The notes beneath the pieces are model-generated. The model searched no databases, was not told where the DNA came from, and saw nothing but the letters and a program-made list of their open reading frames with translations. From contig CAWJTV010000020.1 of NCBI GenBank assembly GCA_963845755.1, positions 672,001-736,000 of the forward strand: a DNA stretch of 64,000 nt. Direction: 5' to 3'. This document shows, piece by piece, positions 56,250 to 64,000 of the stretch; the stretch's first letter is position 1, and every line of letters starts with the position of its first letter. The translations under genes were made by a program, and so were the position numbers. The stretch is from an uncultured Planctomycetota bacterium. Its GTDB lineage: Bacteria > Planctomycetota > Planctomycetia > Isosphaerales > Isosphaeraceae.

Positions 56250-57407
56250 TCAAGGTTGGTAAGAGTCGACGGGGGGAATCCGGTCCAGGATTGGGGCCGT
56301 GGGAGGCAACTCGACCCGTTGCTTGTCGGCGGTGATCGAAACGCCCGTGTTGCCATTGAGCGAATAAACGATGATCAAACGCTTGACAACGCCATAAGCA
56401 GGATCGTTCTTGAAGTTGACGTCGGTGCCCAGGCCAAACCTCAAGACATCACCCCGGACCAGCGGCCGGAGTTCGTCGGTAACGTCGTCCCAGCGCTCGT
56501 CGATACCATAACGCGCGCTGAGAATTTGAAATCCACGGCGGTCGGGAACACCGGGGTCGTCGCGAACGATTTCGTCGGCCTCGGCCGCAATCCGATCAGC
56601 TTCTGGTCGATCCTCCCGCTGGGCTGCCGTTCCCGCCTTTTCGAGTTCGGCGAGCTAGACCTTGCGCAGTCCCTTCAGTTCGGTGTCGTACTTCTGGTTG
56701 AGCGACCGAAGCGTGGTCTAATATCTGTCCTGGGCTCTTGGGAGCCCCGCCATCCGCTGCGAGGCCGTCGCTCCGGCGGGGGTCAACGCGAGCTTCACGA
56801 GGGCCGGTGTGACCTGATCATTCTTGAGGTCGATCCAGACGATGTATTCCGAATCCGGCCGAAGCGGCCCACTCATATGCGAGCTGGCGCAGTAGTTCTC
56901 CTCGGGGAAGCCACTGCTTGGGAGATAGAAATCGTCGCGGCGATTAAAGCCGTTGACGACGGGTGCGGGTCCGTCGACGCCCACAAGATCCCAACTCTTC
57001 AGGTTCCTGGTCTGATCGTTACCCGGGACGACGATTTCCAAACAAAGCGTGTACGTCTCGCCTGTCGCCGGCGTCCGGAATCTGACCGCGTCGAATCCCG
57101 CTCCGGTCGAGTTGAGGACGACTCGGACAAACCGAACCTGATCCCCACGGCCCGCAGGAATCTCCTGGAGTCCCCGTCGTGCCGCGCGGACGATCGGTCC
57201 CAGGGCCGCATCCAGGGTTGCTTTCGCCGTCTCGTCCTTGGTCTGCCACCATTTCGCACGATTTTCGTGGCCCTGCGCGAGGATCTTACGCATCTGATCC
57301 CGATGCGCCTGGAGCTGTTGCAACGGATTCGAATAGGTCACGCCGGATACCAGGACCAGGAATAACGTTGTCGCCGCAAGTGTCAAGGAGCAGGCGCGAG
57401 GTGTCAT
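56250..57407 (-). CDS. Secreted protein with a C-terminal SUEL/DUF3395-like lectin domain (paralog B, frameshifted)
   Basis: Signal peptide; GFDAVRFRTP; ILSARYGIDERWDDVT...DPAYGVVKRLIIVYSLNG. Confidence 0.65.
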
Positions 57408-57832
57408 GGGACTCCTCTCCGGCTAGGTTTTGCTCGGTTTCGTCTCACAAGGTTCAATCGCTCAAGTCTTGACCATTTGCAGGATAGCAAGAGCCACGAG
57501 TAGCTCGCAAATCGCGGCACATCTCGCTCTCGGGTCGTGGAAGGAGCTCCACGATCCCAAGATCCCCTCCGATCTCGCAGCAAAAGACAGGCCAACCAAG
57601 GTGGTGCGCGGGGCCGCTTATCATTCACGGGCGCGGGACTTTATGGCTGCCGGCAGGTCCTGTGACCCACGAGAAACGGAGAGATCGGCGCACGGCCGGC
57701 GTCGCGATCGGGCACTAATCGGTCCGGCCCTCTCTCGTGATGGGTCGGCTCTGGCGGGGGTTGGGTAATCTGGTAGGATGATTGGCCGTTGACAGGTGTC
57801 AGATGGGCCGATCGGATCAGGGTGGGACGGCG

Positions 57833-58543
57833 ATGGGATCGGATTGCGAGGGAGGGGATGGGGTGGCGATCCGGGCAGTCGAGGTACGGAAGGTGTACGG
57901 GACGAAGGACGCCCAGGTCGAGGCTCTGCGGGGGATCTCGATCGAGATCGCGGGCGGTGAGCGGGTGGCGCTGCTGGGCAAGTCGGGGTCGGGGAAGTCG
58001 ACGTTATTGAACCTGCTGGGCGGTCTCGACCGGCCCAGCTCGGGCGGACTGCGGGTCGGCGGCCGGGACCTCCACCAACTCTCGGGGCGCGAGATGGCCC
58101 GGTTCCGGTCGACGACCGTTGGCATGATCTTCCAGTCGTTCAACCTGATCGGCTCGAGGTCGGCTGTTCAGAACGTTGAACTGCCGATGGTCTTCGCGGG
58201 CCGATCGCTGCGCGAACGGCTGGCCGCGGCCCGAGGGGCGCTGGAGGCGGTCGGGCTCGGGGCGAGGCTGAATCATCGGCCGGATCAGTTGAGCGGAGGC
58301 GAGAGCCAGCGGGTCGCCATTGCGCGGGCGCTGGTCAACCGGCCTCGGGTCATTCTGGCCGACGAGCCGACAGGGAACCTTGACAGCCAGACGGCGCAGC
58401 AGGTCATGGCCCTGATCCTCGACCACGTCCGCGAGCACGCCGCCACCCTCGTGCTCGTCACCCACGACGAGGAGCTGGCCGCGAGCTGCACGGACCGGGT
58501 CATCCGGCTGGTCGACGGCCGGATTGCGGCAGCGGGCATTTGA
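57833..58543 (+). CDS. ABC transporter ATP-binding protein (LolD/MacB-like)
   Basis: GKSGSGKST, LSGGESQRVAIARAL, ILADEPTGNLD, VTHD. Confidence 0.95.
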   Translation: MGSDCEGGDGVAIRAVEVRKVYGTKDAQVEALRGISIEIAGGERVALLGKSGSGKSTLLNLLGGLDRPSSGGLRVGGRDLHQLSGREMARFRSTTVGMIFQSFNLIGSRSAVQNVELPMVFAGRSLRERLAAARGALEAVGLGARLNHRPDQLSGGESQRVAIARALVNRPRVILADEPTGNLDSQTAQQVMALILDHVREHAATLVLVTHDEELAASCTDRVIRLVDGRIAAAGI

Positions 58544-58568
58544 TCGGCAGTGGATGGAGGATCGCCTC

Positions 58569-60114
58569 GTGCGTTGGTTCGACTTGCTCCGATTGCCCCT
58601 GGCCTCGCTGGGCCAGCAGAAGATGCGCACATGCCTGACGACCCTGGGTGTCGTCTTCGGCGCGTTTGTACTCGCCGCGAGCCTGTCGATCGACGAGGGG
58701 GTCCAGCAGACGATCGAACGCGAGGCGAACAAGGGAGACGCCTTACGGAAGGTGTCGGTCTCTCCGGGGTGGCGGGCAGTCGAGACCGCGGCGGCGGACG
58801 ACGTGAAGGTTGCCGGGCGGATGTCGCCGGATCGCCGCGAGCGAATCCGCAAGGTCCTCGCCGAGCGTGCCAGGCCGAGTCGTTCCCGCCGGGAGTCGGT
58901 CCCCCTGACCCAGGACCGGCTGGAAACGCTTTCGCGCATCCCTCACGTCCGGCAGATGATCCCGATCGTCGGCAGCCCGGTCGTCGCGACTCTGGGCAAC
59001 AGGCCCGAGGAGGCGAGCGTCTCGTCCGGCGCCGGCGAGGAACCGGAGTTCCGCAAGCGGGTCATCGTCGGCCGGTCGTTCGACTCGGACGACGAGAGAT
59101 CGGTATTGCTCTCGGAGATGTTCGCGTACCGGATCGGGCTGATCGACGACGCGGACCTGGACCAGGTCCTCGGCAAGCCCCTGCGGATCGAGATTCGGGG
59201 CCAGGAAGATGGGCCGAGCTTCCAAGTCGTGCTATCGGATCGGTCGAAAGCCAGCGGCAGCCGAGAGGAGCAAGCGGCGCTGCACCAGCTCGCCTGGCAG
59301 ATCCCGGGGGCGCTCGACAGATTTAGCCTGACCGACGAGGAGAGTGCAGCCCTGCGGAAGGCGATCCGGCGAGAATCGGCGAAGGTTGACTCGGTCGTCG
59401 TCGCCGACGACTTCCGGGTCGTCGGGATCTTCCGCGAGTTGACCGACGATGAGGAGAAGGACGCCTGGAGCCAAATTCCCGCCTACACGGACCTTGTGCT
59501 GCCCCGGCGAACGGCGGTCGACCTGATGTTCCGCGACCCAGCCCGTCGCGAGGGGGGTGTCGACCGGGCGGTCCTGCTTGTCGACGAGATGAGTAACGCC
59601 AAGGAGGTCCTCAACACGGTCGAATCGCTCGGCATGGACGGCAGTTCGATCGTCGGTCGCATCGAGCGCGAGCGGCTGACTTACCTGCTCATCTTCGGCG
59701 GGATGACGTGCGTGGCCGCGGTGGCCCTGCTCGTGTCGTCGCTCGGGATCGCCAACACGATGCTGATGAGCGTCCTGGAACGGCGGAGGGAGATCGGCAT
59801 CATGAAGGCCGTCGGCGCGGCGAACTGGCAGCTCCAGGCCGTGTATGTCATCGAGGGGGGCCTGATCGGCCTGATCGGCGGGTTGCTCGGCCTGGGGCTG
59901 GCCTGGTTGATCTCGTTCCCGGGCGACGGGTGGGTTCGCTCGATGGTCCACCGCGACATGAACATTGAGCTCTCGGGCTCGATCTTCGCCTTCCCGCGCC
60001 TGGATCGGCGTGACGGTCCTCGTGTTCACCGTCGGCGTGACAATCGTCGCGGCGCTTTATCCCTCCCGGCGCGCGGCGATGCTTGACCCTGTCTCGGCGC
60101 TCCGGCACGACTGA
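58569..60114 (+). CDS. ABC transporter permease (MacB/FtsX-like; frameshift near the 3' end)
   Basis: KMRTCLTTLGVVFG, GIANTMLMSVLERRREIGIMKAVGA, YPSRRAAMLDPVSALRHD. Confidence 0.93.
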
Positions 60115-60535
60115 TCGGCCCGACCGGGCCCGGCACGTCACGGTACCCGTTCTCGAGTCGAGGGTGAGAAGCGTAGAGAATTACGTCGAGCCGCGAGCGT
60201 GCTCTGAAGGTGCGTCGGTCGATCGGACCGAATCCGGTTAGAACCCTGCGACGGCACCACCGGTGACGAGCGCAGGTTCAAGTCCGCGACGCGGCTCCGT
60301 TTGGGCTCGGCGTTGGTCTGGCACCCGGACACGGATCCTGGGCGAGGCCGAATCTCGGCCCAAACGAAACCTTACCGCTGTCGGGCGGGACGTGGGAGGT
60401 GGTCAAATCGACATGCGTCCCCGTTCCCGTTCCCGGCGGAGCCGCCGTGCGCCTCCCGGGCGCTTGCGGCGGCGGTGGGGCAACTGACATTCCCGCCCGT
60501 GACCGTCGGGGATATAATGCCGCTGGAGGTGCCTT

Positions 60536-60784
60536 ATGCTTTCTCACGAAGCCTTGGCCCTGTTTCGCCAGCACATCGAGCGTCACGGGGATATTGAGGT
60601 GGATGATTCCAACCGCGAAACGTACCGCGAGCTGGCCCGCGCCGGGCTGATGGTCGTCGGCAATAGCTTCGCCCGAGGTGAAGAACGCGCGTATCACGTG
60701 ACCAAGACCGGCTTCGAGCGGAAGGCCGAGCTGCTGGCCGCTACCGCGCCCTCGCCCGGTTCAGCCGCCGCGCCTCGTCGCTGA
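60536..60784 (+). CDS. Small hypothetical protein (possibly winged-helix-like)
   Basis: GGAGGT RBS; YRELARAGLM...YHVTKTG. Confidence 0.5.
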   Translation: MLSHEALALFRQHIERHGDIEVDDSNRETYRELARAGLMVVGNSFARGEERAYHVTKTGFERKAELLAATAPSPGSAAAPRR

Positions 60785-61113
60785 TCGGCAGTTCCTTCTT
60801 CGCGGCGTTCTTGATCGCCTCGGCGTGCTCACCGCCCGCGCGGATGTCATCATACTCAGGCGCGATGATCGCATCGACGCGGTCCTTCAGCTTCATCTTG
60901 GGCCCGATGCGTCCGCCCTTCTGACCCTTCAGCAGCTCAGGATTCCTCCGAGGGCTGACCTGGCCTACGACGGCGATGAGCGCTTGGCCGTCTACAGTGA
61001 CCGTGAACTCGGAGCGTGGTTGTATCCACGTGGCTTGACCGGAATCCCGGTGCACGGGACAATAACACTTGGACAGTTGGGTCGTGACCCCGCCCCTCTC
61101 GGAGGAGTCTGCG

Positions 61114-61791
61114 ATGGACGGCGTCCAAGCGGTTGATCTGATCGCTTCCTGGCGGAGAATCCTCATCGAGGGGAAAGCCGAGCAGGTCACCTCGATGCTC
61201 GAAGACCTGGAGGAGAGGCTCAAGAGTAAGGGATTCGAACGCGATGCGGAAGCGGAAAAGAAAATGAACTGGCACTCCTACCAGAGGAACAGGGTGCTTT
61301 GCTTCGCGGGCGGCCCCAAGGGAGGCCCACGCCTTCTGCTCTGCCTGAATCGCGCGACAGATCGCAGGGTCCGCGGGGGGACGTACGAACTGATCGACGG
61401 CTCTTCCGATGCCGGTCCTGTCGAGGTGGCCGCGGTGGTCGACGACGTTATCAGGAACGTGATCGTCCCGTCCACACAAAGCTTCGGCCTCAAGGTGACG
61501 CGCCCGCGTCTCGGTCCCAACAGCCTCGTGCAGCCCAGGACGATGGCAGCTCTTCTTGCCTTCAGCGACGTTGCGACCGGTGGAGGACTCCCGCTCTCTG
61601 AGACATCGGAAGCCGCTTGGCGGAAGTTCCTTATCACCGCGTCCCAGGAAGACGTTGCTTTCGACAAGGAGGAACTGCGGGACTGGTTCCTCGATAATGG
61701 CCGGGAGTCCGAGGACGCTAGCATTCTGACAGAGCGGTTCGTCCGGGAGGCAAGTCTGCTCGCCGAATACTCCGAGGCCGGTGGGAACTGA
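61114..61791 (+). CDS. Hypothetical protein
   Basis: GGAGGAG RBS; ~225-aa ORF with globular-looking composition; no family recognised. Confidence 0.6.
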   Translation: MDGVQAVDLIASWRRILIEGKAEQVTSMLEDLEERLKSKGFERDAEAEKKMNWHSYQRNRVLCFAGGPKGGPRLLLCLNRATDRRVRGGTYELIDGSSDAGPVEVAAVVDDVIRNVIVPSTQSFGLKVTRPRLGPNSLVQPRTMAALLAFSDVATGGGLPLSETSEAAWRKFLITASQEDVAFDKEELRDWFLDNGRESEDASILTERFVREASLLAEYSEAGGN

Positions 61792-61999
61792 CCGGCATGC
61801 CCGATGTCGCCGCGGCTGCCGCCCATATCAAGCGGGCGGTCGCTCCCGTCGTCTTTCCGATGACCCCAAACGGTTCCCGAACCCTTTCCGATTCGGACCC
61901 GCCGATTCACCCTTCTTCTCCCGGCGCGATGCTCATATTATGGAGAGAGGAGGAGCCAGATCGATTCGAACCGCGCGGTCCGAGACGAGGAATGACCCG

Positions 62000-62212
62000 A
62001 TGAGCGCCATCCCGAAATCGCCGACCATTCCACCTGAGCTCAGGGCGGAGTTGCAGGAACGCGCCGAGCTTGCCGCCCGCGGCCTCATCGATCCGGAAAC
62101 ACGGCGGATCGCTCGTGAGCGTCTGGACCGGATGCGCGAAGAATTCCGCCGCAGGCACGGCGAGGTAAATTTGGCCGTCGAGCTCATCCGCGAAGTCCGG
62201 GACGGCGCATGA
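62000..62212 (+). CDS. Putative antitoxin (VapB-like)
   Basis: 70 aa ending AVELIREVRDGA, with an ATGA overlap to the PIN gene. Confidence 0.65.
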   Translation: MSAIPKSPTIPPELRAELQERAELAARGLIDPETRRIARERLDRMREEFRRRHGEVNLAVELIREVRDGA

Positions 62213-62486
62213 AATACGTGCTGGATTCCTGCGTGGCGGTCAAATGGTTCCTCGCCGAGCCCGATTCGGCGAAGGCCATCCGGGTCCTGGATGAGTACAA
62301 CCGCCAGATCCATGAGCTCCTGGCTCCGGACGTCTTCCCGATCGAGGTCGCACATGCGCTGTCGCGCGCGGAGCGGCGCGGCCTGATCACACCGCCCGCC
62401 GGTTCGCAGCACCTATCGGACCTCCTCGCCTCGCTCGGGCGCTGACACCGACGTTTCCCTTCATCACGTTGCTCGACTCGATCTGA
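62209..62486 (+). pseudogene. vapC: VapC PIN toxin with an internal deletion
   Basis: MKYVLDSCVAVKW...APDVFPIEVAHAL; stops at 78 aa; an out-of-frame tail LTPTFPFITLLDSI* follows. Confidence 0.75.
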
Positions 62487-62827
62487 TCGCGAATCGAGCG
62501 CGGGCCCGGCTTCCCGTGGGAGCCGGTAGGCGGCCGCCGTCGCGCAGGCGAACGGCCTGGACAGGAGGCCCGCCCATCATCACACGGGTCCAGGTCCGAT
62601 GGCTCCCGCCGGCAGAGCGCCCGCGGCGAGCCCGGGGGCAACGATCCGCCAGAGGTGGTTCCGGGCCCCCGAGCCACTTCGGACCCGGAGAGGCGATGCC
62701 GGCCCCGGCCACCGCCCGACTCGGCCCGGACCGGCCGCGGTCGGGCGATGCGAGCGGGTCGGATCGGCGGCGGACGGCCGGAGTACGGGCCCCGGATCGG
62801 ATGCGGGTCCCTGCATCGCCGAAATCA

Positions 62828-62871
62828 TGAAGCGACACCAATTTCGGCCTGAAGCGACACCAATTTCGGCC
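62828..62871. repeat. 22-bp perfect tandem duplication
   Basis: TGAAGCGACACCAATTTCGGCC x2, at a GC-to-AT transition. Confidence 0.8.
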
Positions 62872-62965
62872 CTAACTTACACAGGGCGTTTTTTTTCCTC
62901 ACGCTTGTTTTGGGTCTAGGGCGTAGAAAATCCCTTTTGTTACCCGCTACTCCCTTGCGGCGTCC

Positions 62966-63867
<902 letters not shown>

Positions 63868-64000
63868 GAAATCCAGCCTCTTTTCAAGGGGTTCGCGTCA
63901 TTTTTTCCAATGGCTCTGGGAAATCTACATGCTCGAGGCTCAGTAGACTGGCATGACCGCAACCGAATTGGCGTTTCTTGGTCTGCTTGCGGCGTGGTGG

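Noticed and set aside
57560..57690. KVVRGAAYHSRAR, resembling an FGE-sulfatase C-terminus
   Set aside because: Too short and without the other motifs; at most a remnant.
57833..60114. ABC transporter as a TagS/TagT equivalent of the T6SS, or as exporter of the Gly/Ser peptide
   Set aside because: It is separated from both by several kb of IS elements and unrelated genes, and is a generic LolD/MacB type. The precursor has its own signal peptide.
60741..61223. Minus-strand 160-aa ORF
   Set aside because: It overlaps better-supported plus-strand genes at both ends. The central part may be a small real gene, but its boundaries cannot be supported.

Overview
GC-rich bacterial DNA, most likely from a planctomycete (Isosphaeraceae-like, inferred from gene content). 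Many genes carry single-base frameshifts that look like long-read errors. (1) 1-4.6 kb: two tandem DUF4157 (eCIS-core) proteins with unrelated C-terminal Cys-enzyme-like domains. (2) 5.7-39.7 kb: a T6SS locus with tssA, tssB, two tssC, tssE, tssF, tssG, hcp, vgrG and tssK on +, and tssL plus a tssM that stops right after its cytoplasmic domain and last TM helix on -. No tssJ or clpV is in the window. The core is followed by a cNMP/DUF1003 protein, a PAAR-like DUF4280 gene, two giant membrane-anchored pseudo-caspase proteins (one with vWA), a Ser/Thr kinase-FGE fusion and a secreted caspase-WD40-caspase protein. (3) 39.9-42.6 kb: marR and a redoxin/heme c/Cu-monooxygenase-like protein. (4) 42.8-54.9 kb: nested mobile elements. 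An IS66 follows an IS66 remnant and its tnpB is split by a 2.6 kb large-serine-recombinase element; an IS630 splits tetR and is itself split at its frameshift site by a CxxH-type IS. These flank a three-gene SdpABC-like operon (exported Gly/Ser-repeat precursor, SdpA/DUF5819-like protein, HTTM protein). (5) 55-64 kb: two paralogous secreted lectin-like proteins, an ABC transporter, hypothetical genes, a damaged vapBC pair and a PLL-like repeat protein with (EP)25. The best candidates for novel biology are the remodelled T6SS membrane complex with its pseudo-caspase giants, the HTTM-linked GSSG-repeat precursor system, and the recombinase element inserted in IS66 tnpB.
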